64,000 nucleotides of DNA from Felis catus (lineage: Eukaryota), in the NCBI RefSeq assembly GCF_018350175.1, contig NC_058368.1, positions 118,360,001 through 118,424,000 of the forward strand, given 5' to 3'. Below are positions 12,800-24,299 of the stretch, in pieces. Made by a program: the position numbers and the translations under genes. The notes under the pieces were generated by a model. That model did no database searches and was not told the origin of the DNA. It worked only from the letters and a program-made list of their open reading frames with translations. Position 1 is the first letter of the stretch. The number at the start of each line of letters is the position of its first letter.

Positions 12800-13402
12800 A
12801 CAGGGTCTGTAAACTTTTTCCACAAAAAGCCAGATAGTAAATATTTTAGATTTTATAGGCCACACAGTCTCTCAACTCTGCCAATGAGGCATGAAACCAG
12901 CCATGGAAAAATATATAAATGAGTAAGCATGGCTGTTTTCCAATAAAAATTTTATTTATGGTCACTGAAATCTGTATTTCACATAATTTTCATGTGTCAT
13001 GAAATATTATTCTTCTTTTGCTTTGTTTTCTTTTTTCCCCCCAACCATTTAAAAATATAAAAGCCTGGGCGCCTGGGTGGTTCAGTCAGATAAACGTCTG
13101 ACTCTTGGTTTCCACTCAGGTCATGATCTCCATGGTTCGTGGGTTCAAGCCCCCCTTTGAGCCCCATGTTGGGCTCCGTGCTGACAGTGTGGGGCCTGCT
13201 TGGGATTATCTCTCCCTTTCTCTCTGCCCTTCTCCTTCTTGTGTATACTCTTGCTCTTTCTCAAAATAAATAAATAAACTTTAAAAAAGAAGCACACAAT
13301 TCACTGGTTTTACAAAAATAAAAATGTAAAAACCATTTTTATAATTTTGGCTGTACAAAAAAAGAAGGCAGGCCAGCGCCATATTTTACTGACCCCCTGC
13401 TC
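12800..13402. mobile_element. MER58-like hAT element interrupted by a Can-SINE
   Basis: aagccagatagtaaatattttag...ggccac, ccaataaaa, gtgtcatgaaatattattcttc and ctgacccc end motifs. Confidence 0.78.
13067..13290 (+). mobile_element. Can-SINE
   Basis: gggcgcctgggtgg head, CT-rich region, aataaataaataaa tail. Confidence 0.9.
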
Positions 13403-15779
13403 TAACACATCAAGCTTGCTCTAAGCTCTGGGCCTTTGCCTGTGCTGACCCTCTGTCCAGAATAGTCTTTTCTGTGGACCTCACATTGCTTGTACTTTCT
13501 CTTTAGTTGGGTTTTAACTCAAATATTACCTCTGCAGAACCTTCTCTCATAACTCTTTCTAAAATTATCCCTTTACCTTTTCTTGATAGCACTCCTCACT
13601 GCCTGAAACTGTGTTCATCTATTTGTTCATGTTTATATACTGCCTCTTTTCTACCCTCACTCGAATCTAAATGAAGCAGGGATCTTGTATGATTCTCCTC
13701 TGGATGGCCTTTACTTAGCACAGTGCCTGGAAGGCAGTAGGTGCTCTTTAAAGATATGTTGTGTTTGAGTTAAATGGTTACAACTCAACTCTCTGGGGCT
13801 TGACAGGAACATAAAAGACTGCTCAGTTTCTACTCATTGATGAGTAGTGAAAGCAGAGGAAGGAGGTCATCTGCACTGGGAAGTGTTGATCCCTTTGTTA
13901 TTTCCCTGGATTTCAGGCAAAAGCTGAAGGAAAAATTCTTCTCTCGTATAATTTGGAAGATAGCTATTTTCCTCTCTTGGCAGATGTGAATGACTTACCT
14001 TACCTGTTTAGAGGCAGGAAAGGGGGAAACATCCTTAAACAACCTTATTTGAGGAGGGAGAGTATCATCATGTTCATTGTAAAATAGTGTTTGAAAGCTG
14101 GATTCCTCTAGACCAATAAAGTATAATTTCATAGACATTCCTGAGATCCCTGACAGGAAATGGCAAAAGTCCTGTTCTGGGTGGCACAGCAATAATAGAG
14201 ATGACAGAGGTGGGGATAATATCAGGCTAAACTTGTCCTCAGCGGGGGAGGAAGGAAAAAGCAGGAGCAGGTGCGGCATTCAGGATAAGAAGGCTTGAGC
14301 GTGAATAGTGTATTGGTGGCATTGGGCTGGTGGCCAGAGCCTAGCAATTGAGCCCCAAGCTTTGGGGCAGAAGTGGCTTCCATCCAGTCCTCCAGCCCTG
14401 CTTCTACTTATTAAAACAGATTTCTAGGGTAGAAAGAGCCTGCTAGAGGGGAACATGATAAACAGGAAGTGTCCATGGGAAGCAGTGAGGGCCATGGCCT
14501 AGTGGACCTTAGGATGTGAGCTTTGTGGCTTTAGTGAGTTCAGGTGAGGAACAGAGAGCTGGAACAGAAAGCATCAAGTAGAAACAGAGAATAAGGCTGA
14601 CACTGAAGGCAATAAGGGGCTGGCCTACAAATGCTGAGCACAGTGTGGGCTGCATCCATATGCTAGCTGGGCTAAGGGAGTGTCTTTGACTTTAGATTAG
14701 TTGATTCTCTGTTGGTGGATGAACAGAAAAAATAATGATGCAATTATGTCTCTCATCTGGACTTTGTGGGCACAAGTAGGGGGAAAGCTAACAAAATGTG
14801 ACTAAAGCTTAAAAAGGGAATTGATTGTCTCATATAACTGAGAAGTATAGCGTAATGCTAGCTAGCTACGGGTATGGCCAGATCCAGGATCACAGTGTCT
14901 TTGGTGTTTGGTCAGTCTCTCTCTCTCTCTCTCCCTCTCCCTCTCCATATATATATCTATCTTAGCTCTTTTTTCCATTCTCAGACAGGCTCTCCCCATG
15001 ATATCATGGTTCACATTAGCTCCTGATATGTATCCACATATATCCATCCATCCAGCTTCAAGTTCAACAGAACACCTTTGGCCTAGTTGCTCTAGAAAGT
15101 CCAAGAATTCTATCTTATTGCCTCTGATTGGATCATGTGCCTGTGCATGAGCCAGTCACTGAGGCCAGGGCATCGCGGTGCTTTTTTGATCGAGCCTGGG
15201 TCCCATGCCTTCCCTTTAAGCCCAGTGTAGTCATCTCTACCCACATCACCTGGACTGGAAATGGGGAAGAAGTGTTTTCCCAAGAAAAACTCAGGTACCA
15301 TTATCATAAGAATGGGGTATGGATGCTGGGTAGGCACAGAAGAAAACAAAACAAAAAACAAAATTAGATGTCTACAGCCAGAAATCATCATACTCACACA
15401 GCACTGACCAGAAACCACCACCTCTCTCACTAGTAGATGAATATAGTACTAAGTAAATGATGCCGTCAAGCCCTGGATATTCAGCTGCTTCACAATGACA
15501 AAGTTACATCCTCTGGTTTGAATCAGCATTAGACAGTTGACACCAAGAATGGAAAATAATCATCATGTGAGAAAATGAAAGTATTCAAACTGATTTAAAG
15601 CAAAAGCACAAATAGCACATATTTGGTAATGAGGTTTGGTAAGCAGAAATGTACCTATTGCCCAAATAACCCTTGGATTACAAGGTGACAAAGGTCTAGG
15701 AAGAAAAAGAAAGGTTTTTTTATTTTGGGTCTAGATTGTCTAGATGCTGCTACAGTCTCCCTGCCTCCAAGCAAGTCTA

Positions 15780-16010
15780 TTTATTTATTTAAAAAAATTT
15801 TTTTTAACGTTTATTTATTTTTGAGAGAGAGAAGGAGAGAGAGTGCGAGCGAGGGAGGGACAGAGAGAGAGGGAGACACAGAAACTGCAGCAGGCTCCAG
15901 GCTCTGAGCTGTCAGCACAGAGCCTGACGCAGGGCTCGAACTCACGAACCATGAGATCATGACCTGAGCTGAAGTCGGATGCTCAACCGACTGAGCCACC
16001 CAGGCGCCTC
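15780..16010 (-). mobile_element. Can-SINE with TSD
   Basis: TSD tccaag(c/t)aagtct at 15766-15778 and 16011-16023. Confidence 0.94.
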
Positions 16011-16334
16011 TCCAAGTAAGTCTTTATAATATCCACACTCTCCTGCTTCAGTGGCTCTCTGGTGCTTTTTGAACAAAGACATGGTCCTTGAAGTGCTAAG
16101 TAAAATTCTCTCTGTCCTGCTCTCTCCCTTCCTATCCAGCCTCACCTTAAGAGTAACTTGCCTTGAATGTCTGTGGTTTCCTGCACTGTCTTTACACTGT
16201 AAAGATCAGGTCCTCTTGCTGTCGTGTGGACTCCTTTGTGAGTTCCTTGAAGACGTGGGCATGTCTTGTTCATCCATGATTCCCCAGTGCTCCACCAGCA
16301 CCTGAAACCTAGTCAGATTTAAAAAGTGTCCCTT

Positions 16335-16981
16335 GGAGTGCCTTGGTGGCTCAGTTAGTTCAGTGTCTGACTCTTGATTTCGGCTCACGTCATGATCTCA
16401 TGTTCATGAGTTCAAGTCCCATTCAGGCTCTGCGCTGACAGCGGGGAGCCTGCGTGGGATTCTGTCTCCCTCTCTCTCTGCCCTTCCCCCACTTGCTCTA
16501 TATCGCTCTTAAATAAAAATAAACTTAAAAAAAATAAATGTCTGGGGCGCCTGGGTGGCTCAGTCAGTTAAGTGTCCAACTTCAGCCCAGGTCTTTATCC
16601 CCCACTTGGTGGGTTCGAGCCCTGTGTTGGGCTCTGTGCTGACAGCTCAGAGCCTGGAGCCTGCTTCAGATTCTGTGTCTCCCTCTCTGTCTACCCCTCC
16701 CTTGCTTGCACTCTGTCTGTCTCCCAAAAATAAATAAACATTAGAAAAAGTAAGTTTTGGGGCGCCTGGGTGGCTCAGTCGGTTAAGCCTCCGACTTCAG
16801 CTCAGGTCACGATCTCGCGGTCTGTGAGTTCGAGCCCCGCGTCGGGCTCTGGGCTGACAGCTCAGAGCCTGGAGCCTGCTTCCGATTCTGTGTCTCCCTC
16901 TCTCTCTGCCCCTCCCCCATTCATGCTCTGTCTCTCTCTGTCTCAAAAATAAATAAACGTTAAAAAGAAATTAAAAAAAAA
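16335..16981 (+). mobile_element. Three head-to-tail Can-SINEs (16335-~16535, 16544-~16750, 16759-16981)
   Basis: Three successive heads, each followed by (CT)n and an A-rich tail; the third is CpG-rich and looks young. Confidence 0.94.
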
Positions 16982-17239
16982 GTATCTGTTGAAGGTCTAT
17001 GTTTCTCTTAAGTGGAGCAGATGTTTTAGCTTTGGTCGTTTTCATGCTATGAAAAGATACCCCCTAAAATACTAAAACTAGAGGGGATTGTTGTCCAAGA
17101 CTAAGTTAGAGTGTTACCAGCTGAAACTTGGAGATAATCTAATTTGCATTTTTGGCCTAAAGGATTAACTCTAGGGACTAAAAGCAAACGCTAAAGACCC
17201 GAAAGTATATGCTGGTCTCATACCATAGGATCAGCAAAG

Positions 17240-17999
17240 TGACTAGTAAGAAACAACAGGTGTTGGCCAGGATGTGGAGAGAAAGGAATCCTCATGCACT
17301 ACTGGTGGGAATGCAAACTGCTGCAGCCACCGTGGAAACAGTATGGAGGTTTCTCAAAAAATTAAAAATAGAAATACCATGTGATCCAGTAATTCCACTA
17401 CTGGGGATTTACCAAAATGATATCAAAACAGTAATTCAAAAAGATAGATGCACTATGTTTAATGCAGCATTATTTATAATTATGAAAGTATGCCCAAGTA
17501 TGCCCAAATTATGAAAGTAGCCCAAGTGTCCATTGATAAAGATTCATATCTTATATATATATCACATATATACATACCTCACATGCATAGATAGTTAGAT
17601 AGATACATGCACACATATATACATACACATATATCAGCCATAAAAAAGAATGAAATCTTGCCATTTCCAACAACATGGGTGGATCTAGAGAGAATAATGC
17701 TAAGTGAAATAAGTCAGAGAAAAAATACCCTAGGATTTTATTCTTATGTGGAATTTAAGAAACAAAACAAGTGAACAAAGAAAAAAGAGACAAACCAAAA
17801 AACAGACTCTTAGCAATAGAGAACACACTGATGGTTTCCAGAGGGGAGGTGTGTGGGGAGATGGGTGAAATAGGTGATGGGGATTAAGGAGTGCACTTGG
17901 GTGATGTATAGAATTGTTGAATCACTATATTGAACTCCTGAAACTAATATAACACTGTATGTTAATTACACTGGAAATAAGATAACAAGAAAAAAGAAA
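17240..17999 (+). mobile_element. 5'-truncated carnivore L1 (end of ORF2 and 3'UTR)
   Basis: ORF track fragment LARMWRERNPHALLVGMQT...WRFLKKLKIEIPCDPVIPLLGIY is a typical L1 ORF2 3' end; aatgaaatcttgccattt; A-rich end. Confidence 0.92.
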
Positions 18000-18109
18000 T
18001 ACCAGGCATTTCTCCAGCTAAAACAGTTTATTTACTTACAGTCAGATCTTCTAAGCCCATACTGAATTTTCAGACTAATATTTTAAAAATTAATTTGAGA
18101 TCCATATGG

Positions 18110-18930
18110 ATTGTCAGCTAGTCAGAGCAGGGTGAGTTGAGGGAGAACAGTAGAAAATGAGATGAGAAAAGATGTATCCCTGGGTCAGATCATGTTTTTG
18201 CTTTTCTTTTGTAAGAGGGAAAACCATTAGAGGCTTTTGATCAGGAGAAGGATGTGATATAATTTGATGTTCTATTAGGATCACTCTGGCTCCTTGGGGA
18301 AGGCTTAACAATAGGCAGCATGGTAGAAGTCAGGAGACCAGTTAGGAGGATACTGCAATAATCTAGGGAAGATATGATAGCTTGGACAAAGGATGTAGCA
18401 GAAGAGGTGGAAAAGCAGTCAGATTATAGATTTATATTGAAGACTCAGCCAAAAGAGCTTGCTGGTAATTGGAAGTGGCTGGAAGAGAGGGAAGAAAAGG
18501 ATGCTTGTAAGGGTTTTGGCTGGAACAACTGTGGGAGGAGTTGGGAGGAGCCACTGGGAGGAGCAGATTTGGGGAGAAAATCAAGAGTTCAGTCCATTTG
18601 CCTTTCTAAGTTTGAGATGCTTAGATATACAAATAGAGTGCTGGGTAGTCAAGCTGTGTATACCTGTCTGGAGTTCAGAGGAGAGGTCAAAAGTAGGGTA
18701 GGTAATTAGTGGTTGTTAGCATCCTGATGGTATCTGTGGCCCTGAGGTGGGTTGGAGTAATCCTAGGAGGTGTGTGTGAATAGAGATTTTCCAACTAACC
18801 TGGGGCATTCCAGAGTTCAGAGGATGGGAAAATGAGGAGGAATCAGCAAAGGAAACTGAGGAAGAGGGACCAGTGAGAAAGGAGACCCAAGAGCAGTGAG
18901 TGGGAGGTGACCTACAGGCCAAGTGAAGAA
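18110..18930 (-). mobile_element. L2 fragment
   Basis: ggatcactctggct, gagaccagttaggagg, taagtttgagatgc and gtctggagttcagaggagaggtc motifs. Confidence 0.8.
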
Positions 18931-19032
18931 AGATTATTGTGCCTGAAGTAACATACTATTTACCAAATTCTAACGTACCCCAGTCTCTGGACAGTGTATC
19001 TGTGTGTGTGCGCACGCATGTGTGTGCGTGCT

Positions 19033-19069
<37 letters not shown>

Positions 19070-20170
19070 CTCCTTTGGCCTGGAGTCATCCCGCTTTCAC
19101 TCTCCCTTTGTTCCCTCCCCTAGAAATTCTGAGTCCCTGTGGTCCAAGACTTCAGTACTGGGTCTGTGTGGTCACAATTTTGGTAGTTTTCTTTTCCTCT
19201 TGTGGCAGCCGCAAGATCAGTTCCCCTTCCTTTCTACACTTCTAAGGAAAGCCTGGCTGCCCATTCATAAAGTTATTCATTCGTTCATTCACTCATTCAT
19301 TTATTCATGCATGCATGCATGCATTCATCAGATAGTTACTAGGAATTTACAATCATGCGCAGGCATTGTTCTAGGCACAAAGGATAGAGCCATGAACCAC
19401 ATGGTCCCAGGTCTGTCCTTGCCAAGGGAGTTTACATTCTAGTGGAGTGGGGAGGAGGTAGGGAGGAGGGGGAGATGATGATGATGTGTAGGGTGGTCAA
19501 TAAACAAAAACTTGAAACTATTGTGTGTGCACTGAAGAAAACTATCAAGGGTCTGGGATACAGAATAACAATGGAGACTGAGAGGGAGAACTGTTTTCAA
19601 CTGGGAGGGCAGGAAAGCTTCTTGAAGAGTTAGGTCCTGATATCTCCAAAATAACCAGCAAAATCTTTTTCCTTTTTAGAGTCCTGAATTGAACCTGTGT
19701 TCCTAGTTCCTAGAAACTTCTGAGGCTCTTGGTTTCCTCCAGGCTTACTGGAAAATGGAGGAAACCTATATCCAGTTCTGTCTTCATATGCATACTTACC
19801 TTTACAATTTATACTATAACTGAAAAATCACTTATTTCACAATTTTGTCTCACATCCACCAGAGGAGACAAAAGATTATGAAAATGGAATTGACCAAAGT
19901 TATCTTCCAACAATGTGGCCAATTACCACTTTAATTTACTAACTTTTTTTTGAACACTTACTATAGGGCAGACACTGTTCTAACTCTACCATTGAATCTT
20001 CACAACAGCCCCATGAATAGGTACCATTATCATCCCTACTTTACACACGTAAAATGCCTGAGACTTAGAGAGATTAGGCGTCCATGGTCACACAGCCAGC
20101 AAGTGCAAAGCTGTGGTTCAAACCCATATCTGTCTGATGCTTGAGATTTTACTTTTGGCATTACTTTATA

Positions 20171-20258
20171 GGTAGGCTCCACACCCAACATGGGGCTTGA
20201 ACTCAGCACTCTGAGATCAAGGGTCTCATACTCTACCGACTCAGCCAGTCAGGCACCC
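20171..20258 (-). mobile_element. Short tRNA-Lys-like Can-SINE head without A-tail, perfect TSD
   Basis: Flanked by ttttggcattactttata at 20153-20170 and 20259-20276. Confidence 0.88.
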
Positions 20259-20290
20259 TTTTGGCATTACTTTATAAAAGAAGATATGAC

Positions 20291-20399
20291 GGGTGCCTGG
20301 CTGGCTCAGTTGGCGGAATGAGAGACTCTTGATCTTGGGTTCGTGAGTTCGAGCCCCACCTTGGGGGTAGAGATTATGTAAATAAATAAACTTAAAAAG
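20291..20399 (+). mobile_element. Short tRNA-like Can-SINE lacking the (CT)n body
   Basis: gggtgcctggctggctcagttgg...gagttcgagcccc...gtagagatta plus A-tail; TSD aaaga(a/t)gatatga. Confidence 0.88.
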
Positions 20400-21349
20400 A
20401 AAGATGATATGAGAACATTCTTAACTATTTCTTTTAAGTGTTACATCCATCATATTCACCAAATTATTGAGCTAAGAAGCTTAAATACAAATTCACAAGT
20501 TTTAGGATTTCTCCATAGTTAAATGATCTTTGGGGTATTCCAGTGACAAACATGTTTCAGTACTGTTAATCAAATTCCATTCTCAAGTAAAAGCATGGTT
20601 AGTTTGTGATTTCAGTTTTAAGACAAGCACTACGTTGTCTTTCAGGAATGGTACAAATAGAAATTCAAGGAAATATTTCAACTAACACAGATAAAAATAT
20701 TGTTGTGAAAACATCAAATATTTGGCTTTCATTTCTCAGTGCAGTTTAAAAACTATAATTTCAATACTTTTTTTATCAAGCATGGTAAGTGTTGAGGTTT
20801 TTAAAAGTTCATATAATAATAATACAAGTTATAACATATTGACCATTTATTACACCTGACAATGTACTAGGTATATTATTTCACTTGTTCTTAACTATAA
20901 CTCCCTGTGATAATAAATGATTGCCATCTTCTAAAGGTGAAGACTTTGAAACTCAGATAGTTAAGTAACTTGCTGAGATTAGCAATCATTGTGCCAAAGC
21001 CAGTATTTCAACCTATGGATGGAAACTGATGCTCTTTTCATTATACAACTTTATCTTTTATTCAGCCTTAAAAAGGTTCTTTTCTTATTAGATTATTTTC
21101 ATTCTTTAAATAAGTAACCCTGGGGAAGTATTTTTCTTCCTTACTGTTCATTCTCCTTGCCTTTAATGTCTTAAATCATAATGTCTTATGATTGAATTGG
21201 ATATTTTCCGTAATCTCTTTTAGCTCTAAAGCTACATGATTCTGCGAGTCCATGAATAGCCCATTTCAAAGACAATTTGTTGGTGTTCAGTCAGACTCCT
21301 GCTTTCCTCATTTGTGGTTTTTGGGAAACAGTAGGAAATTAAATCTTTT

Positions 21350-21541
21350 TTTAAAAATATTTTATTTATTTTTGAGAAAGAGGGCAAGCAGGGGAGGGGC
21401 AGTGAGAGAGGGGGACGAGGATCCAAAGCAGGCTTTGCATCAACAGCACAGAGCCTGATGTGGGACTCAAACTCATGAGCCACAAGGTCATGACCTGAGC
21501 TGAAGTCAGACACTCAACCAACTGAGCCACCCAGGTGCCCC
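21350..21541 (-). mobile_element. Can-SINE
   Basis: TSD gaaatt(a/g)aatctttt on both sides. Confidence 0.92.
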
Positions 21542-21578
21542 AGAAATTGAATCTTTTAAGTCAATTTAGTAGGGGTGG

Positions 21579-21800
21579 TGGTGCCTGGGTGACTCACTTG
21601 GTTAGGCATCCAACTTTGGCTCAGGTCATGATCTTGCAGTTCATGGGTTTGAGCCCCACATTGAGTTCTGTGCTGACAGCTCAGAGCCTGGAGCCTGCTT
21701 CAGATTCTGTGTCTCCTTCTGTCTCTGCTCCTCCCCTGCTCATGTTCTGTCTGTCTGTCTCTCTCTCTCAAAAATAAGTAAGTATTTTTTAAAAAATACA
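21579..21800 (+). mobile_element. Can-SINE
   Basis: TSD tcaatttagtagg at 21561-21573 and 21801-21813. Confidence 0.92.
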
Positions 21801-21949
21801 TCAATTTAGTAGGCAAATCTACTATTTTTTATACTCACGGATATAATCCTTCTTAGTGGCAAAATGTTTCCTTGCTGACCTTATAATACTCATCACTAAC
21901 AATAGACCAAAAAAAATAGATTTGAATTGCTTTCCCTTTCTTTCATTTG

Positions 21950-22252
21950 TCCAAGGGTCAGCACACTATGGCTTGGGAGCCAAATCTAGCCTGCTACTTA
22001 TTTTTGTTTGGCTTACTAAGATTGGGTATTATATTTGTAAATGGCTGGGAAACAAAATTAGTTTGTGATACCTGAATATTATGTGAAATTCAGATTTCAG
22101 TGTCCATAAATAAGTTTTTTGGAAACTAGCCACCATGTATCATCTGTGGCTGGTTTCCTGCCACAATGGCACAGAGTTGAGGAGGTGCAACAGCGCCTGT
22201 AAGTTCCAAAAAGCCTGGAAACCCTTTGTAGAAAAAGTCTGCCAACCCTGGG
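21950..22252. mobile_element. MER58-like hAT element
   Basis: agggtcagcacactatggc...gccaaatct, atttcagtgtccataaataa and aaaagtctgccaaccctg motifs. Confidence 0.75.
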
Positions 22253-22260
22253 TTAGTCTG

Positions 22261-22607
22261 TGTTAAAGTAACTAAACAAGGAGGCCGACTGAGGTAGTTT
22301 TAATGCCTTGATAGCCTAGCAAGGGAACCAAAATCTAAGCCAAACTTCATGTACTGAATTGGAGAAAATGAAACTCAAGAACAGCCAATCGCAATCAGCC
22401 ACCCAGGCTTTCCTACATAAAGCAACCACGTAAGCTATAACCAAATAATTTCTTTGCTTTGCTTCCAAGTCTTCTCTATAAAAACCTTGCCCTTGGCTCC
22501 TTTGGTGGAGCATTCCCAACTCTTCTGTTTGGCGCTTCCTGATTGGACTGATGTTTGCTCCAATAAACTCTTGAAAAGTTTAATGTGCCTCACTTTATCT
22601 TTTACCA
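22261..22607 (+). mobile_element. Full-length ERV1-class solo LTR (MER39/MER34-like)
   Basis: TG...CA termini, 4-bp TSD tctg (22257-22260 and 22608-22611), CCAAT 22385, TATAAAA 22477, AATAAA 22562. Confidence 0.85.
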
Positions 22608-22744
22608 TCTGTCATACTGTATTGATGGCTTACTATTGCTAGGCATTCTACAGGTCTCAGGGAACACAACAGTGAATGAGACACATGAGCTCTCTGGGCT
22701 CAAGGAGCCATTTCCAAACTGTCAAATTAAAAACAAAACGAACA

Positions 22745-22845
22745 GGGTGCCTCCCTGGCTCAGTCGGTGGGACACACAACTCTTGATCTTAGGGTTGTAA
22801 GTTCAAGCCCCACATTGGGTGTAGAGATTACTTAAAATAAACAAC
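22745..22845 (+). mobile_element. Short tRNA-like Can-SINE
   Basis: gggtgcctccctggctcagtcgg...gttcaagccccacattgggtgtagagattacttaaaa; TSD-like aaacgaa. Confidence 0.85.
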
Positions 22846-24299
22846 AAACGAAGTTGGAGGGACACAGGACTTCCAAATTTAAATTTTGCCAAACCATTTT
22901 TTTTTCAATACAGCTACTACCTTCAACTATCATCATCTTATTTTAAGAGAGTATGTTAATACAAAAATGAGTATATCAATACCAAATTGGTAGGAAGGAC
23001 ACAATCTCAAAATAAAAAGTGCTGCTTCCAATGGAATACATGTAGCATTATGGAAAACAAATTGCATTGTCACTGTTTTTCTCATTTCATGATGGTCAGA
23101 GGAAACTTTGTCCTGGGCTGGCCTAGGTCATTAGATCAGCTTTGGGAAACACAGGGGGTGTCAGTTTTCAGGCAAAACAACCTTTAGAAAATGTCTAGTT
23201 TTTAAACTGGAAAAATGTTGGTGTTTTAGTGGTGGAGCTCTTCAGCTTGAGACTATTACTGCCACTCATTTTGTAAGTCAAATTTTTCTGCAGAGGGTGT
23301 CGGGCAATACAAATGTAGTGATGGGAAATTCCAGAAAAGAACTAGAAAGGGAAGTGGGGAATTGAATAAAAGAACTCTGTCAACATTCACTCTTGTAGAT
23401 CTAGCAGATATTATATCCCCTTTGCCTTGCATTTAGATGCAAGACAACCAATTGTAGTACTAATGTTTCATACTGGCTTCTCCTTAGAAGGCAGTGAAGG
23501 CAAGAATAATTTCTCTGCTGAAATACTGTCCTCCTCCACCCCATCAATGCCACCTTCAATAGACACAGCACCCACTAAAAACCACAGCATCACCTCAAAG
23601 CCAGAGTCATCTAAAGGAAAATGGATCCCCAGAGAAGAAAACCTACCCATTAATAAGTCCTTGAGGTTGGATAGTGATCGTTTTTCCAGTTGCTTTAGGA
23701 AGCTTTTTAATTCCCAGTGACAAAATTTCTATTCTGCAACAACTGAAATAGCAGCCAAAAGATTAGAAATGACCCCTCTCTCCTGTGTGTCCCCTTTCCT
23801 GTTGTCTATGATACTGTTCATTTCCTAAATGTGTTTCATAGAGCACGAGCTATACGTGATGTAATGGGGGAAAACAGGATTCTGTGGTCACAGATGAGAA
23901 ATACCAGGTTCAGAAAAATCTCACTGGATTATTTACTGCAGGACATCTCAGGGCTTCTAATATGCTAATGTACCTTTTAAGCAAACACACATGTACATGA
24001 AGATCTGGAGGCAAGAAAGAGAGCAAGGTGAATAGGACTGCTTTTAGTGAGATTATTTTACAGACATAAGCTATTTTATTTGGTTATTTCAGTAGTTACA
24101 ATGATAAGAAATAGACCAATTATTTTCACTGACCTGGATAATCCTGGGTCTGTAATTGAAATTATCTTTGACAGCGTTCTGGTTTCATCTCAGTCTTTTA
24201 ACAAGCTTATTTTATTTGATGGATTATCATTTTTCTTAAATATCTTCATTCATACACGTTCCTCTAAATGTAGATACTATCTGTGTTTACTAAGCCATT

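Noticed and set aside
20171..22845. tRNA-like sequences as possible genuine tRNA genes
   Set aside because: They carry the SINE-type 5' extension, TSDs and degenerate stems; they are retroposed copies.
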